From positions 124,001-188,000 of the forward strand of contig JAQGDQ010000049.1 of assembly GCA_030141605.1 (NCBI GenBank): DNA of 64,000 nucleotides, in the 5' to 3' direction. The notes under the pieces are model-generated. The model was not told the origin of the DNA and searched no databases. It worked only from the letters and a program-made list of their open reading frames with translations. Positions 53,539 to 64,000 of the stretch are shown here, in pieces. The stretch comes from Tubiluchus corallicola (Eukaryota; Animalia; Priapulida). The position numbers were made by a program, and so were the translations under genes. How positions within the stretch are numbered: position 1 is the stretch's first letter; the number at the start of each line of letters is the position of its first letter.

Positions 53539-54358
53539 CAGTAGGTGCCGCTTAATAGACTCACGGTTAATAGACTGAATCGCTTAATTGACTCCAAAAC
53601 GCCTAGAACGGGCTGCTGCTGTCCAAATATACATAAAAACTATCGGAAATTGACTCAAATTACTCCGCATAATAGACTCAATATTTTTCCTTCACGTACT
53701 TAAAATAAGATATCTGTGTGTGCCCAAAGAGCATTTCCTACTTTTATGTCATCCTTACTTCCCTTTTGTGCTTTATATATGTAGAAACAATCATGTTGTT
53801 AAGTACCGTTTTATTTGTAAGCAGGTACGTTTATCATGCGCTAATACGCTAGCATAGTGGTTTTGCTTTGAATCTGTTACCTGCTCGCCCACTGTTGCCC
53901 AAAGAATTTCTGGAAGCTAAACATTTAATCGCTTGCCTAGCGGTTTCCTTTTGATGTGCTCGTTGCAAATCACGCTTTCAGGTTTAATGAGTTAACAGTC
54001 AAAGACACACTTACAGTAATCAGCCGGTATTCCTTGTGACTTAAAGAGTAAACATCGTACAGCAAATAAGAGCAATGTAAGTGAGCAGATTTTCGATGTT
54101 TTTATAATTACGAGAACTTTGTGGGCTAACTTACATAAATTAATATTTTAAAATATTTTTTCTAATTTTTAACTGTGCAAAGGAATTTAGGCATGACTTC
54201 ATTTCTAAAATTCATTAAAATCCTTTGCAGTGCATAGTAAGCTGATGACTCGTACTTCTATACCTGTAATACTACACCCATCGGTTAACACGTTCAGTCT
54301 GTGAATTGGGTCAAAACACGTCGGTCCTAAAATAAGTCTATTAAGTGGCGTCCTACTG
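53539..54358. mobile_element. Tc1/mariner (pogo/Tigger-like) non-autonomous element in COQ2 intron 1
   Basis: TIRs cagtaggtgccgcttaatagact...agtctattaagtggcgtcctactg flanked by TA on both sides. Confidence 0.85.
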
Positions 54359-54514
54359 TATCTAGATAAGTGTTCTGTACTCTTTAGTCTAAACTAAATG
54401 TTCTTTCTCATCGTTTTTAGTTTTTATCTGCTCTTTTTGGTTTCTTCTGTGCAGTGATGGACAGCATTTTGCAGTTTTATCCATATCTAAATATATTTTC
54501 CTTGTACACTTTAG

Positions 54515-54681
54515 GTACTTGGTTGCTTTACTGGCCATGTACGTGGAGTATAGGTCTGGCAGCCATGCCGGGACATCTTCCTAACATTTACTTGTTGGCC
54601 TTATTTGGTGCTGGAGCTTTTTTGATGCGAGGTTCCGGTTGCATCATCAATGATTTGTGGGACAAAGAGTATGACAAAAAG
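54515..54681 (+). CDS. COQ2: COQ2 coding exon 2
   Basis: ttag|GT ACT TGG: [13 protein letters not shown]...[19 protein letters not shown] (first Asp-rich motif); donor aag|gtaaaa. Confidence 0.95.
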
Positions 54682-55151
54682 GTAAAATAATTAATAGAAT
54701 GCCATTAGTTTGTAATATGAAGCGATGTAATAATTATTACATCATTATTATTATTATTATTATTATTTCCTATGGTTAGTATGTCAATTTGTCTCAAAAG
54801 TCAAACATACCTACCATTTACAACCATTCTGATCCTACTTCATAGAAAACTAATTATAAAAAAGCCTTACTATTTTATGGCAAAAATTACAAAATCAATA
54901 TTTTAAAATGAACCATATTAATGATGTCATTTCTCATGTTTAATTATTTTTGATTTTTTAAGCAATTGTTGTAAAGTATTGTATATACAAGAGAGCTCTC
55001 CTGATACTTGTCATCATTAACAGAGAAAAACGTAATGCCCTTTACAAATACTGAATAAATATTTTAATCTTTGAGAATATAAAAGGCATTACGTTTTTCT
55101 CTGTTGAAGTATCGTATATTTTGAAGAGTGAGCTTTTATATTCTTGTCTAG

Positions 55152-55273
55152 GTTGAACGTACGAAGCTAAGACCTCTGGCAAGTGGAGAGCTGAACATTT
55201 TTCAAGCTTTATGTTTCCTTGGGTTTAATCTGAGTTTATCCCTTATTATTCTTCTCCAGCTTAATTCATACAG
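55152..55273 (+). CDS. COQ2: COQ2 coding exon 3
   Basis: ctag|VERTKLRPLASGELNIFQALCFLGFNLSLSLIILLQLNSY(S)|gtatgg; 122 nt, phases fit the neighbouring exons. Confidence 0.95.
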
Positions 55274-56587
55274 GTATGGCACTTTATAAAAATAAAGATG
55301 CATTTTATAGTGTTGCCTCATACACACATTCGCACAACTTCACAACTTTGTGTCCTGATCATCGGGTATAATTGTTCAGATACAGTTGAATTGCACTTCG
55401 CTGAAACTTGAACTTAACGCCAGATCGAAGAGTCACACGAGAATTAGAGCAAGTTTTACTTTAGAAGCGTTTCTGACTGAAAAACGCAATGGAGTTGAAA
55501 AGAAATTAACATTTTTCATTTTCATTTGCAGGATACCAAAAACATATCGGTAACCAGTGCTATCAGTGTATATAAGTGTTAGAAGGAAAACACTTACAGA
55601 CTTGTATAAAATTCAATAATTTATTTAACAGCCTTACTCCTGATTTCGAAAATCTTTCACCAGGCGTCAGAAATTCTAAGATAAAATTAGTCCAAGTCAG
55701 AAAGCTCAGTGAATAAATAGATCAATTGGTTTTACACAAAAATGCAATCTTGCGATTTTTGCCCAAGAAAGAAGCCCAAAACTGTGGCGTAAATCGTGGA
55801 AAATTATTTAGAACTTTGCATGAACCATTTGCATCCTGTGTGATAAAACACAGTTGCGAGAATTTTTTGGCGACTGTTGGACTTAGAAAAGTCTCAGTTG
55901 TTACAAAAAATGCCATTACCCAGTAAAACCCATGGACAAATGCATTTGAACAAAAACTTATTGAAAAACTTGAAACATTTTCGTATTATTATTATTTTGG
56001 GGGGTTGGTTTAATGCTCTGGTTTAATTAGGATGTTGTTAGCAGATAAGAGATTCATAAAGTCAAGGCAAAAAAGTCTATGATACCACCTTATAGAACAA
56101 GTAATTGTAGAATTTGTTCAGTTGGTTGTGCACGGTGTTATTCACTGGGCACGTGTACATTTACTTGTTCTTTTGCTTTCCATCAGGAACATTGTCATAT
56201 GTACAGTTCAGTATCATAGTTTTGGAGATGCATTTTTCTTCAGGATTGTTTCTTTTTGAAATGCTGCCATTGTTATGTTTTCCTATTGCACTATTGCAGA
56301 ATTAGTGTTAAGGTTTCTTCCAGCAAGTGACGTATTATCTATTCTGAAAATTTTCAAAAGAAATTATCATATTTGCTATAAGATTATTATTATTTTTTTA
56401 TTATCATCATCATAATCGTAAAAAACAATAAATTTTGCTATTTTACATAAATTACGAAAAAAATAATGCAAAAATTGTTTTGTCAAACTTTCAACGATGG
56501 AGACAACAGTACTTGTTTAATAGTATTTCAAAATGTGCAAATTACAATGAAGTAATTTTTATCATTGCTTTATCGTTTTTCTTTCAG

Positions 56588-56673
56588 TGTTTTGCTTGGT
56601 GCTAGTTCCTTAGTGCTAGCTGTCTCCTATCCTTTAATGAAGCGTTACACATATTGGCCTCAAGCATATTTAG
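56588..56673 (+). CDS. COQ2: COQ2 coding exon 4
   Basis: ttcag|..VLLGASSLVLAVSYPLMKRYTYWPQAYL(G)|gtaggt; 86 nt, ends in phase 1. Confidence 0.95.
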
Positions 56674-58590
56674 GTAGGTATGACTTTATGTACTTTTGCA
56701 GTTAATCCACTAATTTTTCAAGAGTTAAAAATAATGCTGTTTTTGGCCTTAGGATGAGTAACACAGCTGAATTGCCTCAGTGCATGTGCTTAACAACCAA
56801 AGTTAAACAGTGCCAAGCCTGGTTAGTAAGTGGCATTAATGACCACCAGCTGTTTACCTGCGTAAGGGGGATATGTGCACAGCTGAATACTGGTTCATTT
56901 TCTAATTTTGTAATGATATGGTTAATGGCGAGCAGGATTCTGGTCCTACCACAACCATCTACATTACATAGATGCTGTTGAGTCCTGGATCCTGGTTTGC
57001 AGAATGCTAAACTGTATAATGGTTAATTATTTTTTACTGAAATTTGATGTTCTTTGATCAGAGCCATCTTCAGGTGTTTTTGCAAATTAATTATTGTAAC
57101 TATCCTTTTTCCAAAAGTCATAATTGAACTTTTAACAGTTTTTGTACTGTAAGATGAACTGCAAAAAACTCATGTAGCTATTAAGCCAATTGGCCCTTTA
57201 ATAAAGAGAAGAAATAATGTTCTTTTGTTTAGTAGTTGATGACTAGGTTATAATCTTCACAGCATTACTGCAATTTTTCTAGAGAAGTTTGTTGACAACA
57301 AGCTAAAACAAGTGACTTACACAAAGATTAGGGCCCTTGTTACAGCTAAAAAACTCTATTTCTTTTGCAAGCATGTTTTATTCGATGTTTTTCATAATTG
57401 TTAACAATATTATGTTGATAAATTGCCAATGTTTTACGTTGACAAACTGTTATGTTGATAATGTATTCCTTTCAATTTTGACGTTATTTTGCTTCTGTGT
57501 CCTTATAGCAAATGATACCATGCTTTTTCGCAGTTAACGTAAGCTTCAGCTTGACAAATAAATCGCAAACTCTTAATTTTCCTATGCGGTTGACAATTGA
57601 CCTGATTCATGAGCTACATGTCTACTGTTATGCCCGGAATTTTGTTATGTGTATTTTCCCATGTTAACTTAGCAAATTATTTTTCTGTCTCTGTATTTTC
57701 AGTTTTTGTTTGCATGTGTCTTTGTGTGTCTTACGTTGGCTTACATACCCACTTTTTTATTCTTGGCAGCACCTAATTTGTATATTTTTTGTCTATACAG
57801 TTGTTAGTCAGAATGTGTTTTACCCTTCATTAATTTCTAAATATCTAAACTAGCTGCTATAATTCTGCATATTTATCTAATTTTTACCAGGTTGGTGCTT
57901 ATATTGTCATTATTTTCACCGATTTAATTAATACTGGTGAAATACATACATCTATGTACTTAGATATCAAATAGTTATCATACATAAAGTTCTTACACGC
58001 AGAATAAGAACAAGCAATAATTTTTAGTTTTAGTGGTCAAAATCGTTGAACAGAAATGTGGAAAGTGACATTTCAGTACAAGTTGTGGAATATGTGTGCC
58101 CTACTGATGATTAGTGGAAGATGCTATAGCATTGAGCATTTGTAATGTTGCTTGCTAAGGGTGTATTATGAGGCATGAAAGTGCTAAGGCCAAGCCTTAT
58201 GTGAATTGTAAAATATAAGAGTGTTTCAGACTCTTTAGAACTAATATCACATATCATAAACTATCATAAGAATCAATTTTCGCAACACTGATTTTTGTTA
58301 CTGAATGCCATCATAATTGGAATTTAATGTATCTGTCCACTACATGGTATTCATTTCATTTCAATACACATTTTTATTTGATTACATGCTGTATTATCAT
58401 ATCATTTTATAAATCCCTACATTATTTTAGTTATGGCAACACTTGAACAAGTTTTACACAGCCATCCAAATTTTGCCAAAATGTAAAGTGTAAGTGCTTA
58501 ACTAAAACCAATAAAACAATCATTGGGATCAACTTTTTCCATATTAATCATAATCATTAATTATAATATGACTGTGAATGCCAAGCATTT

Positions 58591-58733
58591 CATTTCACAA
58601 CTATTATTACCCCATGCAGATGAGTTGAAAAAAGGAGACGCTGAAAAATTGTCGATTAATCGGGATAGTCGACAATTTTTCAGCGTCTCCTTTTTTCAAC
58701 TCATCTGCATGGGGTAATAATAGTTGTGAAATG
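58591..58733. repeat. Perfect 65-bp inverted repeat with 13-nt loop in COQ2 intron 4
   Basis: 58591-58655 is the exact reverse complement of 58669-58733. Confidence 0.95.
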
Positions 58734-59767
58734 TATGATAACAATTCTTTCGAGTAAGTCATTTTTGAAAAAATAACATGTTTCCGTTCAGTATTTTAAA
58801 GAGTAGACTATTCTGGCTTATAGCTTAAGATTGATTTTCCAGTTTTCCTGTAACACATTTATTGAGCATTTGTGAAAGAGGCAACACTTGGTTAGACTGT
58901 ATAGATGTGTAAAAATTTGATTCTTGTAAGCCAGTGACCAATTTGCCTCTCGACTCATTATCAACTTTAATTTGAAACATTTCGTCAGTACTCAGTACCA
59001 TCAAACAAGAAATGAAGTCTTATCTGTCTAGCAATATTTTAGTAATAAGAGGTACCCTTTATTTTAATGTCATCATTTCATATATACATTTGAAAACTAT
59101 TGCTCTGTACTAAAATGTGGTCTAGCCTTACCGTGTATGTTTGTATGGATTTCAGTATTTGTGACTGCAATGCTTAAGATACATCAAATATTTATTCTAA
59201 AAATTGTATGTTTGTACTTGTCTCAAATCTAGATGTTGGGCTAGATGAATGTTTTCAAACCACGTCTTGCCTGGACCCTGGATAAACAAAAACACTAAAA
59301 TATAAAAACCTGTTATATCAACACTAGGACAAGCATTGTTTGAGCTGCATGTTCAATAATCCCCATATTCCAAATGGATATTATATAATTGTGTATTATA
59401 CTGTCGTATCTTTTTGGCTACAAGTAAGAAAATGATTTAAAAAAACCGTGCTGTTCATTTGGAATAACATAATATCTTGAATATCTTGACTTAATATGTA
59501 CCTGATGTTTAAGTTAGTTTTACAAAGAGTATAAATGTTTGAATGCCGTCTGTTATGATTCTGTTCCAACAGATGTCACTGAAACATAGAACATTATAAA
59601 GTGCCTATATTACATACGCAAACACACACACACACACGTGTACTCTATAGACAGCTAGAGAAGACATGAATGTTTGTTGTATTACAGAAGTGCCATGCTA
59701 TATTGTCATCTGTATTAGTATAAGAGAATAAATATGTTTAATCTTTCCACACTCCTCCCCCGTACAG

Positions 59768-59901
59768 GTGCTACACTAAACTGGGGAGTGCTCCTGGGTT
59801 GGTCAGCATGCCAAGGTTCCATTGACACGGTTACACCTCTTCTGGTGTACGCTTCCTGTGTCAGCTGGACAATGATATATGATACCATATATTCCCACCA
59901 G
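59768..59901 (+). CDS. COQ2: COQ2 alternative exon 5, 'e'-type (rhodoquinone isoform)
   Basis: tacag|GT GCT ACA CTA...: GATLNWGVLLGWSACQGSIDTVTPLLVYASCVSWTMIYDTIYSHQ|gtgagg; 134 nt, phase 1 to 0; Leu (59776-59778) and Ser (59893-59895) are 39 residues apart. Confidence 0.92.
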
Positions 59902-62359
59902 GTGAGGCATGATCTAGATACCTGTAAATTGTGACGTGTTGTACTTATACTGCCTCTAAAAATCTGTTGTTGAATGTCCTCTTGCACTCTTAGAAGTAGA
60001 GCATGTATAACTTTTGCACAATAACTTGCTCTGTAACTCACCACAACACAAATCATAAATCACAATAATCAGTGAAATTAAACAGTGTCACATTCTCTTG
60101 AATGCGTGCTTAAACTACTTTTTAGAAAATGTTTTTTTAATAATGCTCTGTGTAGCTAATGATATATTTATTTGCTTATTAGAAGTAATTTGACGTGATG
60201 CATGCTATAATGTATCGTAGGGTGCTTAATTGGAATGGCAAATGTGGCTTCCTGATCATATGTTTTTAAATCTAGTAAAACTGTGTATATTTCATGTAGC
60301 CATATGCAGTTCTCAGTAGTGTGTACAATATTCAACACTTGCCAGAGCCAGAAAGACAGTTTTTCAAAAATAGTTTTTTCCGATCCACAGAAAATTAGAT
60401 TGTACATGAACTTCTAATTAAACTTGCTCAGGCTGTAATTTAAAATTGCTGTTGCATTTTCAAGGATTTTGATCATTTGTTAAATGACGGTTTCACTCAA
60501 AATTTTGAAAAGTGAAAGCTTAATGCGGGACTTTGAAAATAATACTTCCGTTGCTCTTTGTCTCATTTCCTGTCATTACTGCCTGCTATAGTGCTTAATT
60601 GCTCATCTCTTTTTACCATTTTCTATTTTATAATAACCGTAAATGAGTTTGACATTCAACATTTATCAGATCCTTAAGGGATTTATGTAGTCTGACTATT
60701 ACAAAGGCTATTTTTGGTCTGCTTTATAAAGCTAATAAACATGAGAAAATCTCGTAAATGGGACGTCTTGATGTTTTAGGCGACACACTAGCTGTTATTT
60801 AAGTAATTAGCGTGAAATAACATTAATGGGTAGTTAGCATGATTATTGTTTGTTTGCATCAATCTCTATTTGCTTCCTTTGTTTGCTTATTTATTTGTTT
60901 CTTTTGGTTTGTTTGTATGTTTCTGTCCTTGTATGTCTCAGTTTGTTTGTTTGTATATTTGTTTGTTTGGTTAGTCATTCATCAATTCATTTGTTTATTT
61001 ATTTAAATTCAATTTTCCTTCTATCTTTCTATTTTTTATTAACTTAAATACAAGCTCTTTGTTTATTCAGTGTTTCTGTTAGCATATAGTTTAGTCTATT
61101 GATGCTAGAATGATAATTATTTAATTTTAATTGTGCTATTATGGCAAGTACATATAAATATTGTACTACATTTTGGCCAGGGACTTTATTTTTAATTTAA
61201 CAGTGTAACAAAGTCGATATTACAAATTCTTTAAATTCATTCATTTTTATACATTAGTTATGACCATGTTGCATGTTTGTTGTGCATGCTCTTGTGCAGG
61301 TGGCTGGTTTTGTTGCCTGTCTTTGCATTGCCGTGTAACTGTAATGTAGACGTAACTTACTCGCTTTTAAATTATGGTATTCCTAGGCGCGAGAAACAAG
61401 CAAAGTAACATGACAGTATTGAAATCAGGTCAATCGTCAAATCATCCTGCATTTGGTTAAATGAAGTATCTTTTACTTACAATTAGTTTTCAATTTTTTC
61501 GCATTTTCAAATAATATTCAATACTTTGCCAATTAATGTAATGGGTAAAAGAGTTGATGCCTTGGTTATTTTCGCTCTATGTTACACTTTTTGTCTGTAA
61601 ATTTTTTGATACTTCATTTACAACATTGAAATCCAGTGGTTCTGGGTTCGAGTCCCACTTGTGTCGATTCTTTCAAATTGATCTACTACTCTGGTTACCT
61701 TTCACAGCTTATTCAGCCTTAATTATGTACTTCTGGCTGTCCTGGACCAAGCGATAGGCTAACCATCTGTTTTCCTCGTGTGTGGCTAAGACTTCATGTT
61801 TAAATGCTGCATCCATCTGTTCTTTGATAAGGGCATGGCATCATTGTTCTTCTTCTTTTACTATCATGTTACAATTTGGCAGTTGCTTTCTTCCAGTCTC
61901 ATTTGGGCTGAGGAGATAAAAGGTGTACTTAGCTGCGATACTTGAGCAGTGCTGAGCTTAGTTAGTACTTGGCAAATGGATGTGTGATTGGTGGAAGACA
62001 GCTTCCATCATTTTGCTTTCAGCTTTTCTTGAAGCACCTCATTTAATTCGGTATCTCATATTGGAGGATTAATCTTTGTAATAAGGTTCCTGTATCGCAC
62101 AATGATTCATCCTTTTTCATAGGCCCTGCCTTTGAGCACTTTGTTCCAGATTGTAGTGAAGCAAAAAACGCATGTATGTTATTTAAAGTAGCCTATTTTA
62201 CCAAATTTCTGTTCTTTAGAATAATCAGTAACTTTGCAGAAATTAATTAGACATTTGACTATAGCATTTCATATTTTCAATTTCATCATTTTTGCTTTTA
62301 GCAGGGCAAGAAAAGTACCTGTTTAACTAAATTTTATGTTTTGCTTGTTTCTCGCGCAG

Positions 62360-62493
62360 GGCTCACATTTAACTTTGGTGCACTCTTGGGATGGGTTGCT
62401 GTGAAAGGTTCCCCTGATCTGTCTGTGGTTCTCCCCCTTTATGCAGGATGCTTTGCATGGACTATCATTTATGACACGATATATGCACATCAG
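62360..62493 (+). CDS. COQ2: COQ2 alternative exon 5, 'a'-type (ubiquinone isoform)
   Basis: cgcag|GG CTC ACA TTT...: [45 protein letters not shown]|gtatga; 134 nt, phase 1 to 0; Phe (62368-62370) and Ala (62485-62487). Confidence 0.94.
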
Positions 62494-62935
62494 GTATGAA
62501 CGTGCTTTAACAAGGGGCATCTTTTCTTCGACAGTCAAATCTGTTTAATGACACAGATTGCTTAACTCTTCTTTTGACTAATATCTGACTTCACCTCACT
62601 CCTACTAGTATACTGTGCACTCATATTAATTTCAACTGTTAGATAACAGTCTCCAAAAAAAGTGTTAAACGGGAATGACTATATTTAAACTTGTGTTTTA
62701 ATGATATTTTTGCTGTTTGTGAGTACGTATATTCTAAAAATTATTTGTATTTAATTTAAGTTTTAAAATTTAGAAGAATAAATGACCATTGCTTGTGTTT
62801 TCTGTGTTTATCATTCCACTATATTTGACGTAAAGAAAGCTTCCTAAGATTAGGACTGATAGGACTGAAGTTGTTCCAAGCTTCTATTAACCAGAACTTT
62901 TCTAACACTGTATTGCTGTTTTCTTGTATGGTTTT

Positions 62936-63073
62936 GGGTATGCGGAATAGATAAAATTGGTTTATATCGTTTTCAGTGCACTCATTTATGCACGCACCCG
63001 CGTGTGCATTTATCTTTTCTGCAGCTGCGCCTCAGGTGGAAACGCATATGCATCCCGATGCTATGTAAACACC
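62936..63073. mobile_element. Partial MITE copy (family of 41518-41726) in a COQ2 intron
   Basis: Shared ggaataga.aaaat.ggtttatatcgttttca.tgcac...gatgcta.gtaaacacc. Confidence 0.65.
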
Positions 63074-63587
63074 ACTTATATTTCAAACATAAATGTGTTT
63101 AACAATGAACTTAATGCATGAATCGTAGATTTTGCAACTAAACATGTTCTAAAGAAAGGAAATTGTGAAAAAGTCACGCAACAGTTTGTATTTGAACCTG
63201 GGCCCTTTTACTTAAGTTTCAAGCACGTTTGAGCAAGATTAGTTTCAGAATTTAGGAATTGTATGTTTAAGCCAGCATAATAGTAATCCTAAAAGTAAGA
63301 TTATCAATAAGTAATAATTATCTTTATTTGGATAACGGTATTGTACCCAATTGCAGTGCTTGTAATTAATTGTAAACAGTAAAATAACATTCTTGCAATT
63401 TCTTTGCATCAATTTAGAATGTTTGAACTGGTAGCTATGTGCATATAAATGTTGTTACATAAATGTACAAACAAAATTGATTCTCGGCTTCTACTATAAT
63501 TTGAATCTTCCTGCTCAGTAGTATTGTGTAGTAATATTTTTTATCATCGCTTTCTATCCCATTTTAAACACCATTTTGGTTTTGTAG

Positions 63588-63776
63588 GACAAAGACGATG
63601 ACATGGTAATAGGTGTGAAATCTACAGCACTGCTTTTCAGAGACAATACAAAGAAGTGGTTATCCGGTTTCGGATGCATGATGATTGGTGGACTAGGAGC
63701 AGCGGGATACGCTGCTGGACAAACATGGCCATATTATGCAGGGCTTGCACTGACAGCAGCACATATTGCCAATCAG
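63588..63776 (+). CDS. COQ2: COQ2 coding exon 6 (final exon lies beyond the window)
   Basis: tgtag|DKDDDMVIGVKSTALLFRDNTKKWL...WPYYAGLALTAAHIANQ|gtaaat; 189 nt, completes the second Asp-rich motif. Confidence 0.95.
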
Positions 63777-64000
63777 GTAAATAAGTCTTTTCACGATTTC
63801 GTTGTGCACATGCGCAATTGCTGTAGGTCAAAGGTTAACTGACCCCAATCAACGTATCTTAACTACAACTGTCACATAACTTAACTACAACTGTCAGATG
63901 TCATGTGGATAAAGCAAAGCTGTCTGCTGCATTATTTCAGTAACGTCAGTTGTTTTACATGGTTTTTACTTAATTATGCATTTGTCTGCACATAGAGTGA

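Noticed and set aside
54454-54514. ORF-track 5' extensions of COQ2 exons (also 59734-59767) and read-through past donor sites
   Set aside because: These are intronic; conserved homology starts and stops exactly at canonical splice sites.
57880-61350. Additional (third) COQ2 alternative exon after acceptor-like sites at about 57890 and 61300
   Set aside because: Translations show no COQ2 similarity and hit stops quickly.
61620-61670. tRNA gene (gggttcgagtccc T-arm-like sequence); similar bits at about 14280 and 27420-27500
   Set aside because: No complete cloverleaf or acceptor stem could be built; more likely SINE heads.
59768-62493. Second exon copy as an assembly duplication or pseudo-exon
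   Set aside because: The flanking introns are unrelated, the exons are strongly diverged yet both are open with the same length, intact splice sites and isoform-diagnostic residues.

Overview
AT-rich animal (invertebrate) genomic DNA with spliceosomal introns, microsatellites, decayed LINEs/SINEs and several MITEs; no prokaryotic features. There are four protein-coding loci, all on +. (1) The 3' part (open to the window edge) of an uninterrupted >2.9-kb ORF for a membrane-anchored, Cys-rich mosaic of WAP, thyroglobulin type-1 and antistasin-like protease-inhibitor modules. (2) An FkbM/Methyltransf_21 (Star-like) methyltransferase exon. (3) An intronless rhodopsin-class neuropeptide GPCR. (4) Most of COQ2 (polyprenyltransferase). 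The key signal is in COQ2, which has two homologous 134-nt copies of one internal exon (59768-59901 and 62360-62493) with identical splice phases; both double inclusion and double skipping give premature stops. The first copy has the Leu...Ser signature of the rhodoquinone-making COQ-2e isoform and the second the Phe...Ala signature of the ubiquinone-making COQ-2a isoform. This indicates a mutually exclusive splicing switch between aerobic and anaerobic quinone synthesis. The switch is known from nematodes and some other hypoxia-tolerant animals; its candidate cis-regulatory elements here (TGCATG cluster, splice-site-complementary motifs, a perfect 65-bp hairpin, a uORF) are speculative. All calls come from reading the sequence by eye; no searches were run.
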